Source: an uncultured Bacilli bacterium
GTDB lineage: Bacteria; Bacillota_I; Bacilli_A; RF39; UBA660
NCBI GenBank assembly: GCA_934162125.1
Contig: CAKPHU010000007.1
Location: forward strand, 7,315-71,314
Direction of reading: 5' to 3'
DNA length: 64,000 nucleotides
The position numbers and the translations under genes were made by a program. Below, piece after piece: positions 1 through 9,929 of the stretch. How positions within the stretch are numbered: the stretch's first letter is position 1; the number at the start of each line of letters is the position of its first letter. The notes under the pieces were generated by a model. That model did no database searches. It was given only the letters and a program-made list of their open reading frames with translations, and was not told the origin of the DNA.

Positions 1-510
1 GTCTTTAGTTTCTCCAAGAAGAGTTCCTTTTTCAATATAGTCGTATAATTTTAGATTCATAGCATTAATATTAGCATAAAATACTTCAATGCCATCGGCT
101 TGATCTATTATTACGGTTGAGCCATACTCTTCTTTTTCTCCAATAAACACTACTACTCCACTTTCAAGAGTTGGAACCATATAGTTTTCGTTTACAGTTA
201 GCACCACACCATCCTTGTAGGTATTCTCTTTGGTATATGTAAGGTGTTCATTGAAAACAGGCTTTTCTTCTGCTATTATTTTTTCAACTGGTACAATATT
301 TCCAAAGTATTTTTCATAAGTTTTCTTCAATTTAGCAAAACTAATATTTTGTTCATAAATTACTTTAGTTATTTTCTCCTTAAATGTAATATCTTTTTTG
401 ACACAAATCATTCCAGCTAAAAAAATTAAGGCAGTAGCAAGTAAACGATTTAGAAATTTTTTGACATTGGTTTTTAATACAAGTTTTCTTTTTACAGTTT
501 TATTATACAT
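1..510 (-). CDS. M23/LytM-like domain membrane protein (SpoIVFA-like); C-terminus lies beyond the window edge
   Basis: Not in the ORF track because it runs off the edge. ATG at 510 is preceded by GGAGGGAAACC. My translation starts MYNKTVKRKLVLKTNVKKFLNRLLATALIFLAGMI (basic N-terminus plus TM). It continues ...GVVVFIGEKEEYGSTVIIDQADGIEVFYANINAMNLKLYDYIEKGTLLGE, which looks like a LytM/M23 fold. It lies directly downstream of mreCD. Confidence 0.4.
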   Translation of the reverse strand, partial: MYNKTVKRKLVLKTNVKKFLNRLLATALIFLAGMICVKKDITFKEKITKVIYEQNISFAKLKKTYEKYFGNIVPVEKIIAEEKPVFNEHLTYTKENTYKDGVVLTVNENYMVPTLESGVVVFIGEKEEYGSTVIIDQADGIEVFYANINAMNLKLYDYIEKGTLLGETKD

Positions 511-554
511 GGTTTCCCTCCTACTTAAATTTATGCATAAAAAAAATAAATATA

Positions 555-1061
555 CTAATTTATATTTACTTTTTTATATTTCTTAGGTAGTAGTTTTATT
601 ATCAAAAATACTATTTCTACATAGATAATGTTTAAAAGCAGACTGTGAATAATTTTGTAGAACAGTGCCCCCATTGTGATTGGGATTAGATTAAACGTTA
701 CTAAAATGATGGCAGTTAATACTTCATATAAAGTTATTGTTATGGTAGTATAAATTGCTATGTTAAGACAATTTGTTTCTAGATATTTATGCATATATTT
801 GATTGCCACAGCAAGTCCAAGAAAGATAATTGCATTGTAGAAAAGTAAGTTGGTATATAGTAAGTCGTATACAAGTCCAGTAATAGCTGCTGTTATGTAA
901 TAATTCTGCTCTTTTTTGATATTTAGTGGATAAATTAAGATTAGTGATACGATTGTTAACATTGGCGTAAATAGCGATAGAGCATTTGGTGTGTATGGCA
1001 GGATATTTGAAAGTAGTCCGTCTAGTAGTATAGAGATTATGACAATTATTAGAGAAAGCAT
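555..1061 (-). CDS. mreD: rod shape-determining protein MreD
   Basis: 168-aa polytopic membrane protein. Its start overlaps the mreC stop at 1061, the classical mreC-mreD arrangement. Confidence 0.6.
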   Translation of the reverse strand: MLSLIIVIISILLDGLLSNILPYTPNALSLFTPMLTIVSLILIYPLNIKKEQNYYITAAITGLVYDLLYTNLLFYNAIIFLGLAVAIKYMHKYLETNCLNIAIYTTITITLYEVLTAIILVTFNLIPITMGALFYKIIHSLLLNIIYVEIVFLIIKLLPKKYKKVNIN

Positions 1062-1858
1062 TACTTAGCCTCCTTTAATACGGTTACATAATGAATACTA
1101 TTAAAGTTTTGTTTGGTTTTAATGTAGACATTACGGCTAAGGTTATATTTGTCACTTTCTATTTTTTCAACTGTTCCTACATATATTCCGGCTGGGAATA
1201 CTTCACCTAGTCCACTTGTCACTACTACATCGTTTTCTTTAACAGGGATTGTTTTATCAACACCTTCAATTTTTAAAAGGTTGTTTTCATAATCATAGCC
1301 ATTTAGGATGGCATAGGTATCGTTTCCTTCTAATTTTATGGCAACACTTACTTTGTAATTTACATCATCTGAAGTAATTAGTTTTACTTCACTAGTAGTT
1401 GGATAAACCTTTGATATTTTACCAATTAGACCGTTAGCAGTTATTACAGCCATATCTTTTTTTAGACCATTGTTACTTCCTTTATCAATTTCTAAGGTGT
1501 TAAACCAGTAACTTTTATTTCTTGATAGAATTGTAGCGTTTTCAATGTCATATTCTGTTAATGTTTTGTTTAGTTCTAGAAGTTCTTTAAGTTCTTTAAC
1601 TTCCTCTTTTAAAGTGTCGTTGGCATTCTTTTCTATTGTGCAACTTTTAGTTTGATCCTTGTCTTTAGACTTTTGGGAGTTTGAAAATGGATAAATTGTT
1701 AGTTTTTGGAAAAAATTGGTAATTTCTTTGGAAACTTTTTCTGGCATAGATACGTCTCTAGTAAATGTAAGAGAGATGGCTAATAGGATTAGGATGGCTA
1801 GCGATGTGGAGATAATTATCACTGTTTTTTTCCTTTTATCTAGCTTTTTTTTATACAT
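1061..1858 (-). CDS. mreC: rod shape-determining protein MreC
   Basis: N-terminal TM, a coiled-coil segment (KEEVKELKELLELNK), then beta-rich domains with GLIGKISKVYPTTSEVKLITSDD and GLGEVFPAGIYVG, typical of MreC. Confidence 0.8.
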   Translation of the reverse strand: MYKKKLDKRKKTVIIISTSLAILILLAISLTFTRDVSMPEKVSKEITNFFQKLTIYPFSNSQKSKDKDQTKSCTIEKNANDTLKEEVKELKELLELNKTLTEYDIENATILSRNKSYWFNTLEIDKGSNNGLKKDMAVITANGLIGKISKVYPTTSEVKLITSDDVNYKVSVAIKLEGNDTYAILNGYDYENNLLKIEGVDKTIPVKENDVVVTSGLGEVFPAGIYVGTVEKIESDKYNLSRNVYIKTKQNFNSIHYVTVLKEAK

Positions 1859-1913
1859 GTTAGTTAGGCCTCCTTGTCGATTTAATTATAGTATATTTTA
1901 GAGTTAGGAGCAA

Positions 1914-2603
1914 TTAAAGATTTAAAATATTGTTATGTTCATAGAAACTATAATAAGAATCATCTCCGATTATTAGATGATCAAGGACTGGTATGCCCTG
2001 AAGTTGTCCTATTTTTACTAGTTGATCTGTAAAGGCTATGTCAGCTTTACTTGGAGTTAGATCGTTGCTTGGATGGTTGTGAAGGCAGATGATGCTGGTG
2101 GCACTTACTTTGTAGGCCTCCTTGAAAATTTCACGTGGATGAGTAGTACTGCAGTTAATTGTACCCATAAATAATAATTTCCTTTCAATTAATTCTTGTT
2201 TGTTATTTAGATAGAAGCAATAAAATAATTCTTGTTTTTTGTCTTTGAAGAGATAACGTGATGCACTATATATTTTGGCTGGATTATTCATTTTTAAGAG
2301 TTTTTCAGTTGGATTTAAATAGATACGTTTTCCTAGTTCTATCGCGGCAAGCAGTTCAAGGGCTTTTACCTCACCTATTCCTTTTATTTGAGTTAATTCG
2401 TTTAGAGAAATATTTTCTAAATCTTTTAAAGAATATTTTTTTAGGATTTCAAGTGCTAATCCTGTAACACTTTGACTTTTTGTACCAGTCTTCAGAATGA
2501 TTGATAGAACCTCTGTATCACTTAGATTTGAACTTCCTATGCTTTTTAGACGCTCTCTCGGACGTTCTGATACTGGTATACTTTTAATTGTATTGTAAAT
2601 AAT
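1914..2603 (-). CDS. radC: RadC-family JAB/MPN domain protein (start codon unresolved)
   Basis: JAB motif HNHPSNDLTPSKAD lies in the listed 125-aa ORF. The same frame stays open upstream to 2612 and encodes the RadC N-terminal region (IKSIPVSERPRERL...GIGEVKALELLAAIELGKRIY). There is no ATG, GTG or TTG there; the only candidates are ATT codons at 2603/2600, after an AAAGGGTGAT SD-like element. Confidence 0.7.
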   Translation of the reverse strand: MIYNTIKSIPVSERPRERLKSIGSSNLSDTEVLSIILKTGTKSQSVTGLALEILKKYSLKDLENISLNELTQIKGIGEVKALELLAAIELGKRIYLNPTEKLLKMNNPAKIYSASRYLFKDKKQELFYCFYLNNKQELIERKLLFMGTINCSTTHPREIFKEAYKVSATSIICLHNHPSNDLTPSKADIAFTDQLVKIGQLQGIPVLDHLIIGDDSYYSFYEHNNILNL

Positions 2604-2637
2604 ATCACCCTTTTATATTATTTAACAAAAATGATGA

Positions 2638-3090
2638 TCAACTTTCTTTTCTTGTAATTTCTTCATAATTTGCTAGGACAACTTCTTCGATTGTTAGCAT
2701 TTCACTTTCACTGATGTCGTTGTTGAGAAGTAAATCAAATTGAGTAACGTTGTTGTAAAATTCTTCATTTTTTAATTCAACTTCTTTTATGTAAACTTGA
2801 TAACCTTGATTTTCATAAAGTTGTTTTAATTTTTCAGCAACTTTTAAATTTTTTGTGATACCCAAATATACATAGTATTTATCATTTGTCTTTTCAACTA
2901 GTTTGGTTTCAATATTTTTAGTGTTTTCAGCTAAATTTTCTTCAGATGAGTAAATTCCTTCTTGAAGAAAGTAATATGATTCGCCTGTTTTAAAGGTGGG
3001 GAGAGACTTAAAGTTTTCAATGTTTAGATATTTTCCTAGAACTATTCCTACTATAACTGAGATAAAACCATAGATTATTGTTTTCTTCAT
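2638..3090 (-). CDS. membrane-anchored hypothetical protein, possibly with a SPOR-like C-terminal domain
   Basis: The better start is the internal ATG at 3090 (MKKTIIYGFISVIVGIVLG), preceded by GGTGATAAT. Single TM followed by an alpha/beta-looking ~110-aa domain (YYVYLGITKNLKVAEKLKQLYENQGYQVYIKE). Confidence 0.3.
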   Translation of the reverse strand: MKKTIIYGFISVIVGIVLGKYLNIENFKSLPTFKTGESYYFLQEGIYSSEENLAENTKNIETKLVEKTNDKYYVYLGITKNLKVAEKLKQLYENQGYQVYIKEVELKNEEFYNNVTQFDLLLNNDISESEMLTIEEVVLANYEEITRKES

Positions 3091-3137
3091 ATTATCACCG
3101 TGATTATAGTAACACTTGTAGAGGATAGTTTTATGTC

Positions 3138-3170
3138 GAAAAAAAAGCAATCTTCTAAAAAAGACTGCTT
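3138..3170 (-). terminator. rho-independent terminator downstream of valS
   Basis: Minus strand reads AAGCAGTCTT-loop-AAGATTGCTT followed by a T-run, directly after the valS stop at 3177. Confidence 0.55.
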
Positions 3171-3176
3171 TTTTTG

Positions 3177-5708
3177 CTATTTTTCTAATAATGCTAATTT
3201 TTCAATTTCCTCAGCTAACTTCTTACGATCTAGGTCAACAATGTTACTTGGAGCTTTGTTTACGTAGTTTTCGTTAGCAAGTAATGCTTGACGACGAGCA
3301 ATAGATTGTTTTAATTTTGCAATTTCTTCTTCTTTTGCTTTAGTATCAACTGCTTCTTGTTCAAAGAAATATGTAATATTAATATGTGCTGATTTATAAT
3401 TGCAACTTACCATATTATCAGGATCTTCACTGCATAATGCTTCTTCTGTTATCTTTAATTGGGAAGCATATATTTTAATTAATTCTTCTTTGCAGATGAA
3501 GTTTACTTTAGCTTCTTTTGTTATTTTGTTTGAAGCTTTTAAATTTCTGATGGCAACAATATCTTCTAGGACACTTTCTAATTCTTCTTTTTCGTCCTTG
3601 TAAACTTCTTTTTTGTTATAAGTAGGATATGGTGCTATCATAATTGACTCTGAATCTTTAATTGGTAATTTTTGGTATATTTCTTCTGTTACATATGGCA
3701 TAAATGGATGTAATAGTTTTAAAATGTCAGTTAAAACTTCTAGAAGAACACTCTTTGTTGTAGTAGTCATGTGACCTTTTGTTAATTCAATATACCAATC
3801 ACAGAAATCTTCCCAGATGAAGCTATACAATTCGTTTCCAACATTGTGGAAATCATATTTGTCCATATTTTTGATGACATTCTTTATTAAAAGATTTTTC
3901 TTTGTTAAAATCCACTTGTCATATAGAGCTAACTCTTTTGGATTTATTTCTTTTTCTGTAAGATCAGATATGTTCATTAAAACGTAACGTGAAGCGTTCC
4001 ATAACTTGTTGATAAAGTTCCATGATGATTTAACTTTTTCTTCATCGTAACGTAAATCCATTCCTGGAGCTGAGTTTGTTGTTAAGAAGAAACGTAAAGC
4101 ATCACAGCCATATTCTTTTATGACATCCATAGGGTCAACTCCGTTGCCTAATGACTTACTCATTTTTCGACCTTCTTTGTCACGGATTAAACCGTGGATT
4201 AAACAGTCTTTAAATGGGCGTTTGTTAGTGAACTCTAGGCCTTGGAAAGTCATTCTATTTACCCAGAATGGGATTATGTCATAACCTGTTACTAAGACAT
4301 CGTTTGGATAATATCTTTGAAGTAGCTCAGTATTTTCTGGCCATCCTAAAGTTGAGAAAGGCCATAATGCACTAGAGAACCATGTGTCTAGAACATCTGG
4401 ATCTTGTGTCCAACCTTTTCCTGGACAATCTATTTGGACTTTTACTTCATCATCTTTATACCATGCTGGTATACGATGACCCCACCATAATTGACGAGAA
4501 ATGCACCAGTCATATGTTATTTCCATCCAGTGATTCATTATTTTTTCATAGCGAGGTGGAACAAAGTTAACTTTTGTATCTTTATTCTTTTGATTTTCTA
4601 GAACACGGTCTGCAAGTGGGCGCATCTTTACGAACCATTGTTTTGATAGGTATGGCTCAACTACGGCATCACTTCTTTGACTATGTCCAACAGAGTGAAC
4701 CATTGGCTCTATCTTTATTAGTAGGTCGGCAGCTTCTAGATCTTTTATTAATTCTTCACGACATTTTTCACGACTCATACCACAATATTTTCCAGCATTT
4801 TCATTCATAGTGGCATCTGGATTCATAACAATTATTCTTTCAAGATTATGGCGAGTTCCTACTTCAAAATCGTTAGGATCGTGAGCTGGTGTTATTTTAA
4901 CAACTCCTGTTCCAAATTCTGGATCTGCATGTTCATCTGCTACTACTGGAATTAATTTATTAACGATAGGTAGAACTACGTTCTTACCAATTAGGTGTTT
5001 ATATCTTTTATCTTTTGGGTTTACAGCAACGGCAGTATCACCAAATAGAGTTTCTGGTCGTGTAGTTGCAACCTCTAGGTATTCATCTGTTCCTTCGATG
5101 AAGTATTTTATGTGATAAAAGGCACCTTTATCTTCTTTGTAAACAACTTCCTCAGTTGATAGAGCTGTCATTTGAACTGGATCCCAATTTATGATTCTTT
5201 CCCCACGATAGATTAGACCTTTGTTGTATAAATCAATAAATACTTGATTTACTGCTCGGTTTAATCCTTCATCAAGGGTGAATCTTTCTTTTGAATAGTC
5301 AACAGAGATTCCCATTTTTGCCCATTGTTCGTGGATTGTGTTAGCGTACTCTTCTTTCCATGCCCATGCTTGCTTTAGCCATTCTTCACGTTTCATGTCT
5401 CTTGGATTAATACCTTGTTCTCTTAATCTGGCATCAACCTTTCCTTGTGTTGCAATACCTGCATGGTCCATTCCTGGTAACCATAGGCAGTCATAACCTT
5501 GCATTCTCTTATAGCGGATAATAAGATCTTGAAGAGTGACATCCCATGCATGACCTAAGTGTAGTTTTCCTGTAACATTTGGTGGAGGTATAACTATACA
5601 AAATGGTGTTTTTGTACTTTTTTCATCACACTTGAAATACTCTTTTGCTTTCCATTCATCATATTTTCCTTTTTCTACTTCTAGATGGTTGTATTTTTTA
5701 TCTAGCAT
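3177..5708 (-). CDS. valS: valine--tRNA ligase
   Basis: 843 aa. Class I HIGH region [20 protein letters not shown] motif (KMSKSLGN), editing-domain segment [17 protein letters not shown] and a C-terminal coiled coil. A T-box leader lies upstream. Confidence 0.95.
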   Translation of the reverse strand: MLDKKYNHLEVEKGKYDEWKAKEYFKCDEKSTKTPFCIVIPPPNVTGKLHLGHAWDVTLQDLIIRYKRMQGYDCLWLPGMDHAGIATQGKVDARLREQGINPRDMKREEWLKQAWAWKEEYANTIHEQWAKMGISVDYSKERFTLDEGLNRAVNQVFIDLYNKGLIYRGERIINWDPVQMTALSTEEVVYKEDKGAFYHIKYFIEGTDEYLEVATTRPETLFGDTAVAVNPKDKRYKHLIGKNVVLPIVNKLIPVVADEHADPEFGTGVVKITPAHDPNDFEVGTRHNLERIIVMNPDATMNENAGKYCGMSREKCREELIKDLEAADLLIKIEPMVHSVGHSQRSDAVVEPYLSKQWFVKMRPLADRVLENQKNKDTKVNFVPPRYEKIMNHWMEITYDWCISRQLWWGHRIPAWYKDDEVKVQIDCPGKGWTQDPDVLDTWFSSALWPFSTLGWPENTELLQRYYPNDVLVTGYDIIPFWVNRMTFQGLEFTNKRPFKDCLIHGLIRDKEGRKMSKSLGNGVDPMDVIKEYGCDALRFFLTTNSAPGMDLRYDEEKVKSSWNFINKLWNASRYVLMNISDLTEKEINPKELALYDKWILTKKNLLIKNVIKNMDKYDFHNVGNELYSFIWEDFCDWYIELTKGHMTTTTKSVLLEVLTDILKLLHPFMPYVTEEIYQKLPIKDSESIMIAPYPTYNKKEVYKDEKEELESVLEDIVAIRNLKASNKITKEAKVNFICKEELIKIYASQLKITEEALCSEDPDNMVSCNYKSAHINITYFFEQEAVDTKAKEEEIAKLKQSIARRQALLANENYVNKAPSNIVDLDRKKLAEEIEKLALLEK

Positions 5709-5727
5709 TTTTCATCACTCCTTTATA

Positions 5728-5965
5728 AATAAAAAAATCTCAGTCTAAAGGACGAGATTTTCGTGGTACCACCTTAATTTAATATCAATACTTCTTTGAT
5801 AGATTAATATTCTTCATTTGATAACGGCTTCTAACCGGGATTACTTACTTTATTTCAGAAATCATGCTCCTCTGCTACCTTCATTATTTGATTATGTCCA
5901 TTTTCACCTAGCCATGAACTCTCTGCAAAAATCTAAATAATTACTCCTCAGATTCGTCGCATCTA
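5728..5965 (-). promoter_or_regulatory. T-box riboswitch leader of valS
   Basis: Minus strand contains an AGAGAG box and GGTGAAAATGG. It has the conserved T-box sequence AATTAAGGTGGTACCACGAAAATCTCGTCC, overlapping a terminator hairpin plus T7 just before the valS RBS. A GUA triplet sits in ..AAUGAAGGUAGCAG.. at a plausible specifier position; this was not verified by folding. Confidence 0.8.
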
Positions 5966-5971
5966 TGTGTT

Positions 5972-6000
5972 AGTATAGCCTATTTCAGATTATTTTTCAA
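5972..6000 (-). promoter_or_regulatory. sigma-A type promoter for the valS leader
   Basis: Minus strand TTGAAA-17 nt-TATACT. Confidence 0.5.
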
Positions 6001-6075
6001 TATTTTTTTGTTTTTTTTGCACAGAAGGTAAACTTTTGATTTTGGTGGTTTGCTTTAATTGCTGACTGAATATTT

Positions 6076-6104
6076 TTGATTTTAGACTTTTTATATGGTA
6101 ATAT
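6076..6104 (+). promoter_or_regulatory. candidate sigma-A promoter of the dCMP deaminase gene
   Basis: TTGATT-17 nt-TAATAT with TG at the extended -10 position, about 20 nt before the RBS GGAGG. Confidence 0.4.
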
Positions 6105-6122
6105 AGTTTTACGGAGGTAATT

Positions 6123-6650
6123 ATGAAAGTTGTTAATAATGTACAAAATATAAAAAGAGATGACTATATTTCTTGGGATGAATATTTTATCGGAATTGCA
6201 AAGTTGTCATCAATGAGAAGTAAAGACCCTAGTACACAAGTAGGATGCTGTATTGTTAGTCAGGATAATAGAATTTTGTCAGTCGGCTATAATGGTGCTC
6301 CAAATGGATTTGATGATGATTTGTTTCCTTGGGGACGTATTGGTGATAGTCTTGACACTAAATATATGTATGTTTGCCATAGTGAATTAAATGCTATTTT
6401 AAATTATCGTGGTAATACTCAGGATTTGCAAGGTGCTAAAATTTATGTCAGATTTTTTCCTTGCAACGAATGTGCAAAGGCAATAATTCAGTCTGGGATT
6501 AAAGAAGTTATTTACTCACATTCTTATGATTATGATAATCATAGCGATGAGATGGAAGCTTCCATTAGAATGTTTGAAAAGTGCGGAGTTAAGTATCGTA
6601 AATTCGAAGCAAATGAACGTAAAAGCATTATTTTAACATTAGATGATTAG
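6123..6650 (+). CDS. comEB: deoxycytidylate (dCMP) deaminase, ComEB type
   Basis: Zinc-deaminase motifs HSELNAI and PCNECAKAI; size 175 aa. Confidence 0.85.
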   Translation: MKVVNNVQNIKRDDYISWDEYFIGIAKLSSMRSKDPSTQVGCCIVSQDNRILSVGYNGAPNGFDDDLFPWGRIGDSLDTKYMYVCHSELNAILNYRGNTQDLQGAKIYVRFFPCNECAKAIIQSGIKEVIYSHSYDYDNHSDEMEASIRMFEKCGVKYRKFEANERKSIILTLDD

Positions 6651-6680
6651 ATAGAAGAAATTTATATAGTTAGGAAGAAA

Positions 6681-6714
6681 AAGCTACACACTTTGTGATG
6701 TGTAGCTTTTTTTG
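6681..6714 (+). terminator. rho-independent terminator between convergent genes
   Basis: Perfect 10-bp stem AAGCTACACA / TGTGTAGCTT (6681-6690 and 6699-6708), 8-nt loop, then a T-run. An A-run upstream could let it also serve the minus-strand cyclophilin gene. Confidence 0.75.
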
Positions 6715-6734
6715 TTGTGTTTGTTGACTTTTAC

Positions 6735-7421
6735 TTATTTTTCAATTTTTTCTACGTCTGGATATGATTTACCTTTTAAGTCTATTACCGCCTTTTTTAT
6801 GGTTAGATTGTGAGATAATTTTCCAGAATCTGGATCACTAATTGTTTCTGTAGTAACTATTTTTTCTATATTAGACCAGCCATCAATTACTTTTCCAAAA
6901 GTAGCATATTGTTCATCTAAGTATGGGGCATCGTCCAGCATGATGAAAAATTGACTGCCTGCCGTGTCATTAGAAATGCTAGTCCTTGCCATAGATACAA
7001 TGCCTTTTGTGTGTTTTAAATTGTTTGTAAAACCATTTGATGTAAATTCTCCTTTGATTGTATATCCTGGGCCACCAGTTCCAGTACCGCTTGGGTCTCC
7101 TCCTTGCAAAACAAATCCTGGTACTAAACGATGAAATGTATTGTTGTCGTAAAATCCACTTTTAACTAGTGAAATGAAATTATTTACAGTGTTTGGAGCT
7201 ATTTCTGGGTATAGTTCGATAACAACTGAGCCATAATTTTCTATGTACATAGCTACAACTGGATTTGTTGTGTCATATTGTGTTAAAGATAATTCATTTG
7301 TATTTTGTGTATAATCAATATTCAAAAGATTCTCCTCCTTTTTTTCTGAATTTTGTGTACATCCATATGTAAAAATTGTAATTATCATTAATGTTGTTAG
7401 TAGTAATATTTTTTTTCTCAT
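6735..7421 (-). CDS. cyclophilin-type peptidyl-prolyl cis-trans isomerase, lipoprotein
   Basis: Lipobox-like signal (LLTTLMIITIFTYGC). Cyclophilin motifs FHRLVPGFVLQGGDP and GSQFFIM. Confidence 0.85.
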   Translation of the reverse strand: MRKKILLLTTLMIITIFTYGCTQNSEKKEENLLNIDYTQNTNELSLTQYDTTNPVVAMYIENYGSVVIELYPEIAPNTVNNFISLVKSGFYDNNTFHRLVPGFVLQGGDPSGTGTGGPGYTIKGEFTSNGFTNNLKHTKGIVSMARTSISNDTAGSQFFIMLDDAPYLDEQYATFGKVIDGWSNIEKIVTTETISDPDSGKLSHNLTIKKAVIDLKGKSYPDVEKIEK

Positions 7422-7467
7422 TTTATTCAGCCTTTTCTTTTTATAATTTTATGTTACGTTGTGTAAT

Positions 7468-8868
7468 CTATTCTGCCATTTTTTTAATGATGTCTCTTGC
7501 AGCTACTAGACCAGTTGCGGCCGCTGTTACAATATTTCCAGCCTTGCCTGCTCCATCTCCTATGAAATATATATTATTGTTAGAAAGTTTAAAATTATTA
7601 TCTGTCTCTATTTCATTACTGAAGAACTTTATCTCTGGTCCATATAATAATGTGTCATCGTTAGCAACACCTGGTATTATTTTATCTAGGGTATCTAGTC
7701 CTTCTATTATGTTTGTAATGATACGATGTGGGAGAACAAGTGCCAAGTCTCCTGCAACACAGTCTTTTAAAGTAGGTTCAATAAATCCTTTATTTATACG
7801 ATGCCATTCACTTCTTCGACCACTTCTTAAGTCTTTTAATGATTGAATAATTGGCTTTCCATCACCTAAAACGTTTGCAATTCTAGCGATGGACTCACCG
7901 TATAGGCGAGTATTAGTTACTGGTTGAGTTAAATTTACTTTTGATATGAAAGCAAAGTTGGTATTGGCACTCTTTTTTTCCTTTAATGCATGACCATTTA
8001 CACAAATATAGCCATAATAATTTTCTTTTGTAACATAGCCTCCTGGATTTGTACAGAATGTTCTTATCTCGTCATTGTATGTTTTTGTTTTTATAAAAAT
8101 TGTTGGATCATAAATAACATTTGTTATGTCTTCCATAATGTCTTTTCTAACTTCTACACGAACACCAATTTCTATACTTTGAGATAAATATGGAATATTG
8201 TATTTGTCAGCAAGTTCTTGGACCCACTTAGCTCCAGTTCTACCTGGTGCTACAATTACGTTTGTGGTTGTTAATGTGGCCTCCTTTTTACCTGTTAAAT
8301 AAGTTACTTCATGAGTATTTTCGTTCAATGTTTTAATGTCTGTAACATTTGCTCGATCTATTAGTGTGACATTATTTTTTTCCAAATATTGGCAAATTCC
8401 TTCAATATATTCTGGAAGATGGTCACTTCCTAAATGTTTTTGTTTTATTAAAAGTAACTTAGCTCCAGATATTGCCACTTGTTTTCTTATCTCATTGGCC
8501 TTTTCTTGATTGCTTGGGTACACTTCAGCATCCATTTTGAACTTTGTAAAAATTTCTTCAGTTTCGTCAATAAGCTTGCATGCTGAACTTTCTGGCATAT
8601 ATTTTGTTAAATCGCTTTTTCCTAATCGTGGAATGAAATTTAACTTGCCATCTGAAAATGTACCTGCTCCACCATAGCCTGATAGGATTCCACATGGGTT
8701 ACAATTTTGGCATGAAACTCCTTTTTTGTTCATAGGGCATATTCTTTTTGCCACTTTAAATCCTTTGTCTAAAATTGCTATTTTTAAATTTTTGTTCTGT
8801 GTTATTAATTCATAAGCACTAAATAAACCTGCCGGCCCTGCACCTATTATTACAACATCATATTTCAT
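7468..8868 (-). CDS. FAD-dependent protein (uncharacterised NAD(P)/FAD-dependent dehydrogenase family)
   Basis: N-terminal Rossmann motif MKYDVVIIGAGPAGL and C-terminal GDGAGKAGNIVTAAATG. Confidence 0.7.
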   Translation of the reverse strand: MKYDVVIIGAGPAGLFSAYELITQNKNLKIAILDKGFKVAKRICPMNKKGVSCQNCNPCGILSGYGGAGTFSDGKLNFIPRLGKSDLTKYMPESSACKLIDETEEIFTKFKMDAEVYPSNQEKANEIRKQVAISGAKLLLIKQKHLGSDHLPEYIEGICQYLEKNNVTLIDRANVTDIKTLNENTHEVTYLTGKKEATLTTTNVIVAPGRTGAKWVQELADKYNIPYLSQSIEIGVRVEVRKDIMEDITNVIYDPTIFIKTKTYNDEIRTFCTNPGGYVTKENYYGYICVNGHALKEKKSANTNFAFISKVNLTQPVTNTRLYGESIARIANVLGDGKPIIQSLKDLRSGRRSEWHRINKGFIEPTLKDCVAGDLALVLPHRIITNIIEGLDTLDKIIPGVANDDTLLYGPEIKFFSNEIETDNNFKLSNNNIYFIGDGAGKAGNIVTAAATGLVAARDIIKKMAE

Positions 8869-9011
8869 TTTATCACCTACTTTTTTATTTTAACATATTT
8901 CTTAATCTTTTACTATTTATTTGTAAAGTTGGGGCGTTCTTTCATTTTGCTTGAAGGTTTAATACTTTTAGTTTATCATTTTCTATGGTACAATGATTAT
9001 GGTGATAGTAG

Positions 9012-9929
9012 ATGACAAGAGAAAAACTAAACCAAAAAAAGCAAAAGGAGATTTTTGCTGAAGAAGGAAAAGAAAAACGTAAGAAAGTTTTTTTTATTAC
9101 TATAAAAGTTTTACTCATTATCACAGTGTGTGTTGCATTGTTTTATTGTTTAAATACTTATATTTTTACTGGGAAGTTAATAGTTAGGGAATATAGAATT
9201 ACTAGTGACAAGCTTTCTTCGGAGTTTGATGGCTTGAAGATAGTTCAGTTTTCTGATTTACATTATGGTACTACTGTAAAGATGCCAGAAGTAAAAAAAG
9301 TAGTAACAAGAATAAATTATTTACAACCAGACATAGTTGTTTTCACAGGCGATTTAATTGATAAAAACCATAAAATCGATTCTAGTGAACAAGAAAAAAT
9401 TATAACTGAGCTTTCTAAGATTAAAGCTGCTATTGGTAAATATGCAATTGATGGTGATGAGGACGAAAAATCTTTTTATACAATCTTCAATCAATGTGGA
9501 TTTTCAATTTTGAACAATAGTTATGACTTGATTTACAATAACACTAATGATCCCTTGCTGCTTGCTGGCGTTAGTAGTAGCTTAAAAAAGGAAAATAACC
9601 TTGATGAAGCTTTGAACTACTTTTCTGGAGAGGGTGTTAATAATAATATTTATACTATTGTGTTAGAACATGAACCTGATTTGACTGATGATGTTTTAAA
9701 TAAGCATTCTGCTGATTTGATTTTGGCAGGTCATTCACATAATGGAAGTATTAGGACACCTTGGAAAAGTACTATTTTTAAAGTTGTTGGTGCTAATAAA
9801 TATGATAATGAATATTATAAATTTGAAAATTCCGAGTTATTTATATCAAGTGGAATTGGAACAAATGGTAGCGGCGTAAGATTGTTTTGTATGCCTTCGA
9901 TAAGTCTATATAGATTATCGAGAGAATAA
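9012..9929 (+). CDS. membrane-anchored metallophosphoesterase
   Basis: Calcineurin-like motifs QFSDLHYG, FTGDLID and LAGHSHNG after an N-terminal TM. Confidence 0.75.
   Translation: MTREKLNQKKQKEIFAEEGKEKRKKVFFITIKVLLIITVCVALFYCLNTYIFTGKLIVREYRITSDKLSSEFDGLKIVQFSDLHYGTTVKMPEVKKVVTRINYLQPDIVVFTGDLIDKNHKIDSSEQEKIITELSKIKAAIGKYAIDGDEDEKSFYTIFNQCGFSILNNSYDLIYNNTNDPLLLAGVSSSLKKENNLDEALNYFSGEGVNNNIYTIVLEHEPDLTDDVLNKHSADLILAGHSHNGSIRTPWKSTIFKVVGANKYDNEYYKFENSELFISSGIGTNGSGVRLFCMPSISLYRLSRE

Noticed and set aside
2258-2467. Plus-strand 69-aa ORF between the radC JAB ORF and the upstream gene
   Set aside because: It is antisense to the in-frame RadC N-terminal/HhH coding region, which gives a far better protein match.
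7391-7846. Plus-strand ORFs antisense to long minus-strand genes: this one, and also 3400..3603, 4382..4810, 10609..11025, 15750..16400, 21467..21778, 38540..38968 and 43742..44008
   Set aside because: Each is embedded in a well-supported gene on the opposite strand. None has an RBS, and their compositions are low-complexity or mirror-image. They are treated as spurious.
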